From: Eledone cirrhosa
Taxonomy: Eukaryota
Direction of reading: 5' to 3'
Assembly (NCBI GenBank): GCA_964016885.1
Contig: OZ024740.1
Coordinates: 266,166,001 to 266,230,000, forward strand
DNA: 64,000 nucleotides
This document shows positions 1-13,222 of the stretch, in pieces. Position 1 is the stretch's first letter, and each line of letters starts with the position of its first letter. The translations under genes were made by a program, and so were the position numbers. Below the pieces are notes generated by a model. That model saw nothing but the letters and a program-made list of their open reading frames with translations, made no database searches and had not been told where the DNA came from.

Positions 1-135
1 CAATATTCAATGATTATGTCAAAGAATGAGTTTTACAGTAGATTTTACAGTAGAGGAAGCACTGTACGAAAAATAATTTTCTGGAGTTATTAATATTAAA
101 ATATAAATATTAATAAAATAGACGTTCTTTTGATC

Positions 136-200
136 CATTACATTTTATTATACATATTTCGGATGTACAACAGTACGTCCTCATCAGACAAAATATAATG
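136..200 (-). ncRNA. Minimal type I hammerhead ribozyme (PLE type)
   Basis: Minus strand reads CAUUAUAUUUUGU-CUGAUGA-GGACGUAC UGUU GUACAUCC-GAAA-UAUGUA-UA-AUAAAAUGUAAUG: intact core, stem II, 13-bp stem I. Confidence 0.8.
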
Positions 201-1721
201 ATACATGACATACCCTGAGATGTTAAATGGTTAAGATTTAATCAAGGTAGTGATTAAGAAAAAACGTTGCATACAGTAACTGTTCTAAAGGTTTTAAAAT
301 GTATGATACTACGATATATCTAGGAAAACGTCTCATGAATCATAACAGCCAGTGATAGCCACTGGAAAAGGATTTATAAAGAGGGAAAAATAAAGGGGGG
401 GGGATGATATATATACAGAAGGAGATTTTTTCCGAAAGTTAAATGGTTAAATTTGAAAATATTTCATTTATATTAGGGTGAAGACTCCAGATTTCAGGAT
501 TATTTGCTGGTCATTTATATATTATTTTTATAAATTCGATAAGTGTGTTATCATTTCTAAACTTCTGAATTTTATGAGGGTAACATTTAAAGTATTTAGC
601 TGGCACATAAAGAATGAAATATTATACTGTTGATTATTTAACTAAATTTAACCTTTAACAAAAATACCAACATATTAGGTATGTAAAGCTTTTGAAGTAC
701 TTATTGTTATAAATATTTAAATATCTATTATGCATATAGGTATATATTAATGAGTCAGTATGTTTAAGGTAAATAATAACGACGAAGATAAAAATAAAAT
801 AAGATAATAGATTGAAGCATGTTAAGGATAAATATACACCTATGTATAACTGGGTGTAAATGTACTAATTATTCTTCAACCAAGATATCAACATATTATT
901 AGAAACAGGGAGGTATATATATAGAAATATATTAGGTATTATTAGTGTAGTATACTTTAGGTAAATGATAACAGTTATAATTTTATAAAGTAGAGTTCAG
1001 CGTGTTACATTTAAATACATATATATATATATATAAGAAAAACAATAATGAGTGCATGGATAATTCAGAGTTCAAAATAATATCTATAATAATTTTTAGT
1101 TTGGATATTTTCTCTAGATTTGAATCATATATATATAGAAATGTGGTAGGTATAATTAAAAGTATTTAAAAATATATAAAATATAATATATAACTACATA
1201 CATATTATAATACATTATATTATAAATAAGAGATCAAAAATTCACATTTATATATAAGTTTGAATTTGTATTAAATTTTAGATTTTATAGTGCAGTAAAT
1301 ATATTTAAAAGAAATATATGCATATACTATATTATATTATACTATAAGTAAGAGATCAAAGATTCATAAAATGTATGGATTGTGTATTAAACTATAATTT
1401 AAAAGAGATCAAAAATGTATTAAAAATTAACAGTTATAGATAAATTCCGTAAATATGTAAGGATTAGGTATTATACTAAATTATAAGCATAGATAAGAAG
1501 ATAGATAGAGAAATAAGGAAATAAAGAAATGATGGTATTGATCAAAGTTAACAAAATAATGTTGTGTGTATCAATATTTAAGCATGTTAATGAACAAGTG
1601 TCATTTATTCGAGCGTTGTTTCTTCTATAGATAGCTATAAAATAAAGCAATATTAAAGACCATTAATGTTTTTCATTGTTGATTATATATTCCTGATAAC
1701 CGAGTTATTATTGGTTTGGTG

Positions 1722-2270
1722 TTATTGCTTCTTTTTTTTTCTCGTTTTATGTGAGGCTAAAAAAGTGGACGTAGCTTTATGGAGGCAACTAGAGAATAAT
1801 TCACTTTTTTTGTTAATTAGGGTCTCATAGTTATTAATAATCAACAGGGTCTCCATTGTACAGAGCGGGCAGTTATTTGATATACTAGAGTTGCGGTAAA
1901 TTCCACAGTTCCGAAGTTTTGTCCAAAGAATGGAGTATTTTAAATTCTTCTCTTTTAATGACCATATGAGCTGTGATAAAGACGTGGATGATTTCCTCTT
2001 AGAGTTCGAGAATGAGCATTTATGGTTCGCAAAACGAGCTTTGAATGTGGACGAGGTCAATCCAATGTAGTTGTATATTTTGTGATCAGTTTTTACGGTG
2101 CATTTATAAACCAAATTACTATCTAAACAATTATTTTGCAAAGGGCAATTAGTTTTATTTCTACAATTACATTTTGGTTTAGTATCATTTATGTTAACTC
2201 TATTATTATGATCATTATGCTGGTTTGGTTTTAGGATTTTGGCGTTTAATTTGGCAATGTTTTGGGCCAT
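1722..2270 (-). pseudogene. PLE GIY-YIG endonuclease domain
   Basis: CNCR..CPL..CL..NLVYKC..YIGLT..FKARFANH..SF..LS..IW.LK..CPLC..E..C.H motifs. Confidence 0.85.
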
Positions 2271-2667
2271 GTTACTGGTTGTAGAATTTGAGAATTTAAT
2301 GGTATGTCTATTAAAAATGGAATGGTATTTATGTTGAGTAGGGAAAGAGGTGGCAAGAGCTTTAAAGAATAGTTTTGCAATTGGTGTTTTAACTGCGACC
2401 GAAGCAGGGGGTGCAAACCATATGACTGGTTTAGATCTAGTTCGTATTCACGATTTATTTAGCGTGTGTGTTTGAATTATAATTATTAGAGTTTCTCTTA
2501 TATATGTTATTATTTTTATTATTATTATTAGGAATAAAACTTGGATTATTATTATCTACATATTCTATATTATTCATATATCCTGCTCTTTTTAACGCGT
2601 TGGTGTAGTATTCAGCGTTTTTATCAAATATATCTTTATTAGCTGATATTTTATTAATACGTTTTTC

Positions 2668-2668
<1 letters not shown>

Positions 2669-2700
<32 letters not shown>

Positions 2701-2705
2701 GAGAG

Positions 2706-2796
<91 letters not shown>

Positions 2797-2808
2797 GAGA
2801 GAGAGAGC
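2669..2808. repeat. (TC)n/(TA)n/(GA)n microsatellite
   Basis: Direct reading. Confidence 0.95.
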
Positions 2809-3027
2809 GTATTTCGAAAAAAAGGAAAGAAAGGGAAAAAAAGATAGAAAGAAGTGATGCCTTTGGTTAAATGTGCTGAGATTTGTAGCATGATTAGTGT
2901 TAGAAGAGTTAAGTGCTAAGTCATTGATCAAAGTGTAATAAACTAACGTTATATTATGATTATTATTATTAAGAATTTTTATTATTATACTTATTGTTAT
3001 TATTTTTATTGTTTTTATTGATGATCG

Positions 3028-3515
3028 AGACGCGTGGCTTAGTGGCGAAGGTGTTTGACTAACGATCATAACATCGTGAGTTCTATTTCTGGATTGTGTT
3101 TTGTTTTGTGTTCTTGAACAAAACACTTCATTTAACGTGGATCCAGCAAACTCAGCTAAAGGAGAGTTTCACACTGCGATGGACTGGCGTCCTGTCGGGG
3201 GGGGGGGGGGGGGTCGTGTATTCTCAGTCACTTCACACCAAGGATGAGCACCTGGATGAGCACTGGCCTGATGAGCCTCCGGGCTTGAGACAGACTTTAA
3301 CTCTGCGATGGACTGGCATCCTGTCCAGGGGCCCTTCTTCTATTCTCAGTCAATTTATCCCACGCAAACCGGGATAAGCACAGGCCAGATAAGGCTCGGG
3401 ACTTGAGACAGACTTTAACCCTGCGACGGACTATCGTCTTCTCCAGGGGGGAAGTCTTGAATTCTCAATCGTTTCACGCCATGGAAACAGGCATCAGCCT
3501 AATGAACCTCGAGGC
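3028..3515 (+). mobile_element. tRNA-derived CORE-like SINE head followed by three tandem ~120-bp SINE-tail units
   Basis: A-box TGGCTTAGTGG; 'tgtgttcttgaacaaaacactt' core; 'ctgcgatggactgg..cagactttaa' repeated at ~3173, ~3302 and ~3421. Confidence 0.6.
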
Positions 3516-3677
3516 ACCCTTTGGAAATTTTGTTGTTGATAGTATTCTTTCTAACACAAGGCCAGTAATTCGGGGTAAAGGAAAATTCGATTTTACCGAC
3601 CCAAGTACTTAACAAGTATTCATTTTATTAACCTTGGAAAGATGAAAAGAGAAATTACTGCCACTAATAATAATAAT

Positions 3678-3820
3678 GGTTTCTGATTTAGGCACTAGGC
3701 CAACCATTTGAGGGGAGGAGAAAAGTCGATTAAATCGACCTCAGTGCGTGACTGGTACTTTATTTTATCGACCCTGTAAAGATGAAAAACAAAGCTAACC
3801 ACGACGAGATTTCAACTCAT
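3678..3820 (-). mobile_element. Nin-domain tRNA-derived SINE (partial)
   Basis: 'actggtactttattttatcgaccc..gatgaaa' is the reverse complement of the conserved domain shared by the other copies. Confidence 0.7.
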
Positions 3821-4261
3821 GTCGCGGCAAGAAGAAACAATTTAAGTCTGTAGTACCCTTTTACTAATATTAATTTTATTATAAATAGTCAAGTGTTTAA
3901 CGATTTAGTATAATTAAGTGTTGGTTGCTAAAGTGACATTTTTACAAAGAACTAAGTTTCCAGTTATATTATCTTATTCAATGACAATTAATAAAGCACA
4001 CAATGAAACTTTTAATAAAATAAGGGTTTATTTACCACAACCATTGTTTATTCACGGACAGTATTATGTCACATTCTGTGTTGTTTTTTTAGTATAGTAA
4101 ATTTCAATAAGCAAGAAAAATAAAGAGGAAAACTAATACTAAAATCCATTGTATATAAATAGAACAAAACTAATGGTATAAATTATGATAATGATAATTT
4201 ATTTTTTAAACTATAGACAAGATTTCAGACTTCACTCTCTTACAGAGTAGGGTTTAACTCA

Positions 4262-4457
4262 TCAAATCGGACAAAGAAAACAATGTTTCCATCGGTCTTT
4301 CAATTGCTGATACTATCTACCGGTCGTAACTACAGGCAGAAAGATCAACGTGAAGTAAAGTGTCTTGCTTAAGGACATAACGGATTGCCCGCTCCGGGAA
4401 TTGAACTCGCAACCTCATGACTTAGAATCCAATTCTCTAACCACTAAGCCACGCGTC
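4262..4457 (-). mobile_element. tRNA-derived CORE-like SINE
   Basis: 'gtgtcttgcttaaggaca..gaattgaactc..aaccactaagccacgcg'; homologous to 58945-59135. Confidence 0.7.
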
Positions 4458-4589
4458 GGTTCAATTATTGTGTCTTAGTTATCAACAGCCGTGGCTTTCT
4501 AAGACTTGGTACATGGGAGAAGTAACCTCTCTTGAGTATTTATACAAAACGTGTCACCCACATATTGAGCCCGTGCAAAATGCTAGTTC

Positions 4590-5095
4590 AAAAGCTGCAA
4601 AGAAGAAGATATGACAAGATCTGTTTGTACCTTCTCTGGTTAATATGAAACAAAAATATGAATATCAGGTGTCCGACAAATACCTCCCTCACCCCACACA
4701 CATGTACAAACACAGCAAGTCCCAGATAATAGAAAGAAATATGTTGGGAATTTACCATTAAATGGACCACAGACTTGAACACAATAGACCTGATATTGTA
4801 GTTAAGCACAGGGATTGTTGTGGATACTAGATTATTGATGGTACCACAACATAGCCTCCAATGAAATTGATGAAATAAAATACATTGGTTTCGGGATTGA
4901 AATTGTCCGAATGTTGTGACAACCACCTAACAACATCGAGATAATTCCAGTTATCATAGAAGCTTTGGGTTCGATAACACTACACCTGAGAAAGTATCTT
5001 ATGCAAATAAACGTCGAAACAAAATTTTCTCTGACACAAAAGACAGCTTTGTTGGAGACTATGCATGTACACAGAAAATTGCAGTCTGTCTAAGA
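4590..5095 (+). pseudogene. Degenerate 3' fragment of an RLE-type (R4/Dong-like) LINE
   Basis: Hand translation gives 'EHNRPDIVV', 'IIPVIIEALGSI' and 'QKTALLETMH'. Confidence 0.65.
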
Positions 5096-5164
5096 TCTTT
5101 GTTGAAGCTCAACATCCGGTAATCATCAAATTTACTGTGAAACCCATCATTCATAATTGTCTCT

Positions 5165-5475
5165 AATTTTGGCACAAGGCCAGTAATGATCCCAGTGTAT
5201 TACTGGTACTTTATTTTATCGACCCCGTAAGGATGAAAGGTAAAGTTAACTTCGGCGGGATTTGAACTCAGACCGTAAAAAGCCGTAACTCTAGGCTGAA
5301 AAGTATGGCGTTCGACCCTCTACCGATACTGCCACTAATTTAGGCACAAGGCCAACAATTTGAGGTAGGTGGGTGTAATATCGATTACATCGACCCCAGT
5401 GCATTACTGGCACTTTATTTTATCGACCAGAGAAGGATGAAAGGTAGAATTAAACTAAGAGTGATTTCAACAAAG
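5165..5475 (-). mobile_element. Two tandem Nin-domain SINE copies
   Basis: 'ggcacaaggcc..ttttatcgacc..ggatgaaaggta' occurs twice; B-box complement GGATTTGAACTC. Confidence 0.8.
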
Positions 5476-5477
5476 GA

Positions 5478-5604
<127 letters not shown>

Positions 5605-5934
5605 TTTTTTGTTGTTGTCGCTACTGTTGTTAATATAGCAACAAGTGCAAACATCAAATAAACTGAAAATTCCTACCTTGACCATTCTAATCTATTCAAT
5701 AAGCAAGAAAAACGTTATAGGGCAATATTTTTTCATTTCTATTACATTATATTATTGTTGTTGTTGCTGCTGCTCTTGTGGTTGATGTCGTTACTGTAGG
5801 TTGTGCGGAGGTGGGGGATGGCTTCCCGCTTTGTTAAAGATAGCGTTTGGTGTTGCTGCTGCTGCTGGTGGTCTTGACGATTTTAGTTGTTATTAAGTTG
5901 TTATTCTTGGTATACATTTTCTTTGATTTTCTCT

Positions 5935-6011
5935 GCATATACAAACACACAAACACACATACACATATGTGTGTATGTGTGTGTGTGCGTTTCGTGAGTG
6001 GCGGTGTTTGA

Positions 6012-6078
<67 letters not shown>

Positions 6079-6083
6079 TGTGT

Positions 6084-6140
<57 letters not shown>

Positions 6141-6284
6141 ATATATATTTATATATGTATGTATATATATATATATATATATACATATATGTATAGCTTC
6201 CTACAGAAGATATCAAAAATAAAAAAGACGCCATGCAGAGAGAAAAGTAATAAATGATGTTCATGGATACACACACAAACACTT

Positions 6285-6318
<34 letters not shown>

Positions 6319-6389
6319 TATATATATATTCATATACATATATATATGTATAAAAATATATGCATATATATATATATATGTGTGTGTGC

Positions 6390-6430
<41 letters not shown>

Positions 6431-6493
6431 GTGTATGTGTGTAATATGTATGATTGTATATATGCATATATATTTATACATATATATATATGA

Positions 6494-6557
<64 letters not shown>

Positions 6558-6714
6558 GTGTGCGTGTGGGTGGGTGTATGTGTGTGTGTATGTGTAAGTG
6601 TTTGTGTGTGTATTAGCGAGGGATGAAGTGCAGAATATGAAAGAAATCTTTTGCATGGGCAAAATTTCAAAAAGCTCTAAAGAACTATTTAGAAGAATAA
6701 TTGAAAAATGGCTG

Positions 6715-6789
<75 letters not shown>

Positions 6790-6912
6790 TATATTATATT
6801 ATATTATATATATATTATATTATATTATATTATATATATACATTTATATATATATACATATATATATATATGCACATTTTATATTTATACGTACATACAT
6901 ACGTACATACAT
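5935..6912. repeat. Compound (TA)n/(TG)n/(CA)n microsatellite block
   Basis: Direct reading. Confidence 0.9.
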
Positions 6913-6919
6913 ATGAATA

Positions 6920-7512
6920 TTTAGTGATGTGAAGGACATATGCATACGTGGTATGAAAGAGTACTTGTGGAATCTTCCAGTCAAAGCCCCAATAACAGAA
7001 CAGACATAGTGATATGGAGCAGAGAGAGGAAGGCAGGTGTTAATAAAAGGCTAATGATCAGTGAAATGGAGAACATTTATGCTGAACTAATGAGCAATCT
7101 GCAGATACTCCACACTTCCAATACTTTTAGACTTATACTTGTGATATTTGGCGCTCTGTGTTATGTTACTAACTACCTCAGTATAAATCTTGAGAAGCTG
7201 GGCTTCACCGAACCTAAATGGACACAACTATTTAGGAAGTTGCAAGAACAGTCCATCAATGGAACTGTAAAAATATGTAAGACATTTCAGAAATTCAGCA
7301 TGTAATAATTACATATACACATGTATAGATAAAGAAACATTTGCATGCGTACACATATAACACAAAATATATAGTTATACAAACAATAACATCTAACCCT
7401 GTACATACACATTCAGACATACATACGTATTTACCTAAATTCCATTGAAAGAGTATTGTGTCTGATATAGAAACCGACTCTGTCTGTCTTAGTGAATATT
7501 TATAAAACTAGA
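6920..7512 (+). mobile_element. R4/Dong-like family A, degenerate 3' fragment
   Basis: ORF 6940-7305 ends 'SINGTVKICKTF'; 3' UTR 'gaaaccgactct' as in the other family A copies. Confidence 0.8.
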
Positions 7513-7559
7513 ATGTTTTCCAACGCGCTGACGCGAGTATGAGTATATTATCATAAACG

Positions 7560-7725
7560 CGCAGCGTAGGACACCTAGCTTTGCAGCTTAGAGTTATGGC
7601 CCTTTAGGTTCTGGGTTCAAATCCCGCCGAGGTTAACTTTGCCTTTCATCCTTACGGGGGTCGATAAAATATATCACTAGTAACGCACTGGTGTAAATGC
7701 TGGCCTTGAGCCAAAAATAAAAACA
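7560..7725 (+). mobile_element. Nin-domain SINE
   Basis: B-box GGGTTCAAATCC followed by 'gcctttcatccttacgggggtcgataaaat'. Confidence 0.8.
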
Positions 7726-7990
7726 TTTTTTCATAAACGCGCAAACACAGACACATTTACAAAAATACTGTTTTCTGTAGTTCATCATCAGCCCTTCCTT
7801 CCCCAATCACCTCTAGTGAGTGATGTCATCACCGCTTCCTTCCGCAGTCATCTCTAGTGGACGGACCAACGGAGGTCACTCAAATTTATATATACATAAT
7901 ATATACCAGAAAATTCATTAAATAATTAAACCAGAAGAACATTCATACATAAATACATATATAGATAAATACATACTTACATACATAATA

Positions 7991-8578
7991 CATGGTGGCT
8001 GCCAACTCGTTTTCGAGTACGGCCACTACTTCATACCGATGCGCTGAACGAGTGGGACTTTTTAGTCCAGCCAGCGACTTGAAAACTCTGGTACAAACAC
8101 TACACCTGTGACAATTATTGACACATAGTACTGGGCCCTTGGTACCATGTGACGACAAGTGCAGAGAGATCTCCAGATATAAAGTAATGCCTGTGCCGTG
8201 AAGCTTTTATAGTGAGCAAAGGCACTGCACAAGCCAATCCCACTCTCTTAACCAAGATGATATTTACCAAAAAGAAGTACAAGTCAACATCATTGGATAC
8301 CATCAGAGTTACAGGTGTTATATCAAAGTTTTCCTTCTCCTAGAATTCTGCCTTGACAAAGGCTAAGGGGTCATCTCTCCCAGTGATTTTGGATGGCCAT
8401 TGACTCTTAAGAGCTCCTTTGCCCTTTGACAGGTTTTGTTTTTAGTCCTGCAGGATGTCCAAAGTCACCCTCCTCACCAAGAAACCTTGGTGGGGTTGCC
8501 AGTTTAGTCGCCAACGACCCGACCATGGGACAGGTTGTACTGGAATACATGTGACCAGTAGCACCAACTGGTGACCTA
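7991..8578 (-). mobile_element. Non-autonomous bipartite RTE-type element (5' UTR joined to 3' end)
   Basis: 5' part has an RTE-like 'ctaggagaaggaaaact' motif; 3' part encodes a remnant 'CSVCTRVFKSLAGLKS'; flanked by TACA-type repeats; no RT. Confidence 0.6.
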
Positions 8579-8650
8579 ACATACATACATACATACATAC
8601 ATACATACATACATACATACATACATACATACATACATACATACATACAT
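8579..8650. repeat. (TACA)n array
   Basis: Direct reading; further arrays at 10557-10656, 13161-13222, 13698-13781, 15642-15711, 15887-15945, 17709-17754 and 56555-56640. Confidence 0.95.
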
Positions 8651-10556
8651 CATTGACTCACAGGATGACAGAAATACGAACGTAACCCATAATTTCTTTG
8701 TGGATGACCTGAAACTCTATGCCAGGAACGGGATGAATAAAAATTTTACCTGGTTACAACGTTCTCAAAGGATATAGGAATGGGTTTGGGACAAGATAAA
8801 TGCTCATATATGATTGTAAAGCGGAGAAAGGCTACAACCAAATCTAACAATATTTTTATCAATGGCCTAACTGTTTCACTGATATCTGATGAGGACTGCT
8901 ACAGACACCTGCGGATAGATAAGAATATATCCTATAACGGTATTTGTAATAATGAACGCGTAACCAGCGTATAATACACACGGTTAAGAAAAATATGGCA
9001 ATCGGAACTCTCTGCACACAATAATACAATGGCTCACTATGTGTTTGCTGTACCTGTCCTAACACTAACGTTTGGAATACTCAATTGGGCGATAGACGAA
9101 ATCCGAGCAATTGATGTTAAAACTCGAAAAATCACAAACAACACCGGAAACTTCCACATCAACAGTGATATAGACTGCCTTTACTTGAAACGTAAGCAGG
9201 TGGGAGGAGCAGAGGGCTAACATCAGTCTGGACAGCATTTACGAACCTCCAAACGTAGGAGCCCATCTATTGAGCAAGTCTGTCTGCATGAGAGTTGGGA
9301 AGGAACTCCTTGAAAAATATTCCCTGCATGATAATCAGAAACTCACACCCAGGGAAATTGCCCTGCAACACCGCAGCGAATCCATGGATGAAAAACTGCA
9401 TGCTTATCAGCAAAAAATCATGCATGGATATGTTGCAAGGAAGCTCCAGAGTGAGAATAATATAGATAAGCACAGTAGTCTATCTTGGACCAACAACCGC
9501 AACAGTGGCTCACACTTTGAAGGATACGCTTTTGCAATCCACGCACAGGAAATTAACACAAAATACCTGATTCACAAAAGAGGATGCAAGCAAAACACCT
9601 AGATGTGACAACAAATGCAGACTCTGCAGAATTAACATCGAAGACGTCACCCATATCATAAGCAGCTATCCAAAGATGTCATCGCGGTACTATCTACCTA
9701 TGAAGCATGATGTAGTGGCCAAAACACTGTACAATGCAATCCGTAGAAAAGATAGCCCCGACAATAAACACATTAAAAGTTACAGCAAAGTGGAAGACAT
9801 ACACATTCATAATATGAAAGAGTACTGGTGGAATGTTCTAGTCAAAACCCCAATAACATACAAACATAAAAGACCAGATATAATTGTTTCTACTTTTTGA
9901 CACAAGGCCAGCAATTACCCAGTATATTACTGGTACTTTATTTTATCGACCTCGTAAGGATGAAAGGCAAAGTTAACCTCGGCGGGATTTGAACTCAGAT
10001 CGTAAAGGGACGTAACTATGCTAGAAAGCATGTCTGACCCTCTACCGATACTGCCAATTCACCGCCCATAAAAGACCAGATATAATGATATGAGACAGAG
10101 AAAAGAAGGCGTATACAGTAGTGGAAGTTAGCTGCCCAGCAGATGCCCTTATAATATTAAAGATCAGTGAAAAGGAGAATATCTTTGCAGAACTAATGAG
10201 AAATCTGCAGATACTCCACCCTGACTATACAGTTTTATATCTGGGATTATTAGGGCACTGGGATATGTTAGTAACTGCCTCAGTACAAATTTTGGAAAGA
10301 TGGTCTTCACAGAAACAGAAAGAACATTCCAAAGAATCTGCATCTAATAACTGCATGTACAGATACAAAGCATATGCACATGCACACATATAACTCAAAA
10401 GATACACATACACACATACATTAACATCCAGATACATGCATGCAGACATGCAGACATATTTACCAAGTTGATGTTGTTTAAATTCCAATGTGAAAGTCTT
10501 GTTAGAAAGCGACTCTCTCTCTATTAGTAAAAATTTATAAAATTATAAAACCAGAA
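8651..10556 (+). mobile_element. R4/Dong-like RLE non-LTR retrotransposon family A, 5'-truncated and degenerate
   Basis: FVDDLKLY at ~8697, CCHC knuckle, KHD, RPDI, EVSCP spread over broken frames; ends 'aaaaccagaa|catac'. Confidence 0.9.
9885..10066 (-). mobile_element. Full-length Nin-domain SINE with 20-bp target-site duplication
   Basis: CATAAAAGACCAGATATAAT at 9865-9884 and 10067-10086; A/B boxes on the minus strand. Confidence 0.9.
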
Positions 10557-10656
10557 CATACATTACATGCATGCATACATACATACATACATACATACAT
10601 ACATACATACATACATACATACATACATACATACATACATACATACATACATACAT

Positions 10657-13160
10657 CGGTGGCAAAAGCTCAATCCCTGTAAACGACACCCCTTCAAAAG
10701 AACAGGTTGAGAGCTACTGGAGATCTGTATGGGAAACGGATGACGGATTCAACAGACAAGCTAATTGGCTAAAAGAACTGGAACAGGACTACTGCCAACA
10801 TGTCCAGACAAAACAATATGACATAGATGGGTCAATACTGGAAACAGCTCTACAGAAAATGTCGAATAGGAAATCGCCAGGCCCAGACCTCATTACAGGA
10901 TACTGGTTGAAGAATTTCACCTTCTATCGGCAAGATCTCATACGGCTGTTTACAGAAACCATTAAAGGCACACAAGAACTACCCAGATGGTTATCAACTG
11001 CCACTACTCTCCTCATTCCCAAAAATAGCCAAACCCCCCTTGCTAAAAATTACCGCCCAATTGCCTGCCAAAACATCATAAATTATATACTGGGTGCCTT
11101 AACCTGTTCTTACAGGATCACTGTGCTACCAACAACATCACAACACCTGAGCAAGCTGGTGGAAAGAGGGAGGTGTGGGGTTGCATAGATCACCTACTAA
11201 CTAACAAAATGATTCAGGAAAAAACAACAAAGAATCGCAGAAACATGACTGTGGTGTGGCTGGACTATCAAAAAGCATTTGATAGTGTACCTCATGGGTG
11301 GATTATTAAGGCTTTACAGTTAGCTAAAGTCCCACAACCATTGGTAGCTGCTGTTGAACGCCTGACCAATAACTGGTACACCAATTTGATCCTTAGAGGT
11401 GAGAAGGAGCAGGTTAAGACTGATAAGATAAATTACCAGAAGGGCATCTTTCAGGGTGATAGCTTGTCAGTGCTACTCTTCGTTCTCTCACTGAATCCAC
11501 TATCTTACCTACTCAGGAAACAAGGTGGACAAAGAAGTGGGCCCAGAAGTATCTCCCATCTTTTCTTTGTTGATGACCTGAAGTTGTATGGGCCAAATAT
11601 CAATGACATCAAGAAACAATTGGACCTCATTACGCAATTTTAAACCGACATCAAAATGAAATTTGGTGAGTCCAAGTGTGCATATTTGGCAGTAAAACGT
11701 GGAAGAGCTGTGCCTCTAGAAATCTAGAGATGAACGGCCTGACAATACAACCTCTGCAGTCAGGTGACAACTACAGATATCTTGGACAGGATGAGAATGT
11801 CAGATATGATGAACCCATAAATAAGGAGAGAACCAGAACTGAATACCTCAGAAGAGTAAAGAAAATATGGTCATCAGAACTGTCAGCATACAACAAATAC
11901 ATTGCCCACAATACTTATGCTGTGCCAATTCTAACGCCAACATTTGGCCTGCTGAACTGGTCATTGCAAGAACTAAGTGAGATGGATGTTAGAACTCGAA
12001 AACTTCTCAGTGTTACTGGGAACTTTAACATCGATGGTGATGTGGATAGGCTATACTTCTCACGCAAGGAAGGTGGCCGGGGTCTAAAATCAATATTAAC
12101 AACATATGAGACCCGGATAGTAACACTGAAGCAACACCTTCAACAGAGGAAAAAGGTTGGCAACCATCTTGCCCAGGTTTATGAGCATGAAAAAAAAATA
12201 TCATTAGAATAGCGACTGATCTGGAGGAGAGATATGGAATAAAGCCTGATATAAATCTCTCACCCAGAGAAATCGGAAGATCCTATTCAATGTTCAAACA
12301 AGATAAAAAAAATTGACCAATTTACAGAAAAAGTTGTGCATGGATACTTGAGACGTAAAACACAGACCATAGAGGGGATAGACCACTCAAAAAGCCTGGC
12401 ATGGAGTTCCGACAAGTTTATGACATCACACCTTGAGGGATATCTCTATGCAATACAGGAACAAGAACTCTCTACCAAATATCTGCTGCACAAAAGAGGA
12501 GGGCCAGCAGCTGACAATAAATGTAAGCTATGTAAAACAAAGATCGAGGATGTAAGCCACATTGTTGCCAGCTGCGAAAGAATGTCATCTCGCTACTACC
12601 TCCCCATGAGACACGATGGGATAGCTAGAACCATCTGGAACGCACTTCCGAAAACAAAATTAACAACAAACGAGGAAGAATATATTGAGACAGATGGCAC
12701 TAAGGAATACTGGTGGAACCTGAAAATAAAAACTACCACCAAATTAAAGCACAAACGGCCTGATATTGTTGTTTGGGACCACACATTGAAAACGTGTTCT
12801 GTTGTGGAGATCAGCTGCCCACTTGATGTAAACGTTGTCAGAAAAATACAGGAGAAGGAGGACATCTACGGACCATTGATGAGGAGTTTACAAATCCAGT
12901 ATCCAAGATACACCTTTAGCTTCATACCCATCATTATTGGAGCAACGGGTTATATACCAACCCGCTTGAACCAAAGTATGACTGAACTTGGATTTGCGGA
13001 CAAAAAGCGCAGCTCCCAAATGACTGCGATAGCTGGCACCTTCAAAATTTGCAAAACATTCTTGCGATTCAAAGGATGACAATTTCTTTTCTTTTACAAC
13101 CTTGCCACCAGGAAGGTGGCCGGTCAAAAAAAATATACTCGAAATTAAGAGAAAGAGATA
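10657..13160 (+). mobile_element. R4/Dong-like family B copy 1, 5'-truncated, with frameshifts and a stop
   Basis: RT motifs KSPGPD, NYRPIAC, WLDYQKAFDSVPH, GIFQGDSLS, FVDDLKL; CCHC; RHD; RPDIVV..EISCP. Confidence 0.95.
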
Positions 13161-13222
13161 ACATACATACATACATACATACATACATACATACATACAT
13201 ACATACATACATACATACATAC

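Larger units (their letters stand above)
1..2668 (-). mobile_element. 5'-truncated Penelope-like retroelement (lineage 1): end of RT, GIY-YIG endonuclease and long AT-rich 3' region; continues off the window start
   Basis: Remnant 'KRINKISANKDIFDKNAEYYTNALKRAGY' near 2580-2665 precedes the GIY-YIG ORF; hammerhead at 136-200; bases 15-250 are homologous to the PLE end at 50400-50630. Confidence 0.85.

Noticed and set aside
3205-3300. CTGATGAG in the SINE-tail repeat as a hammerhead
   Set aside because: No GAAA in the required position with closing stems, and the motif is not kept in the other two units.
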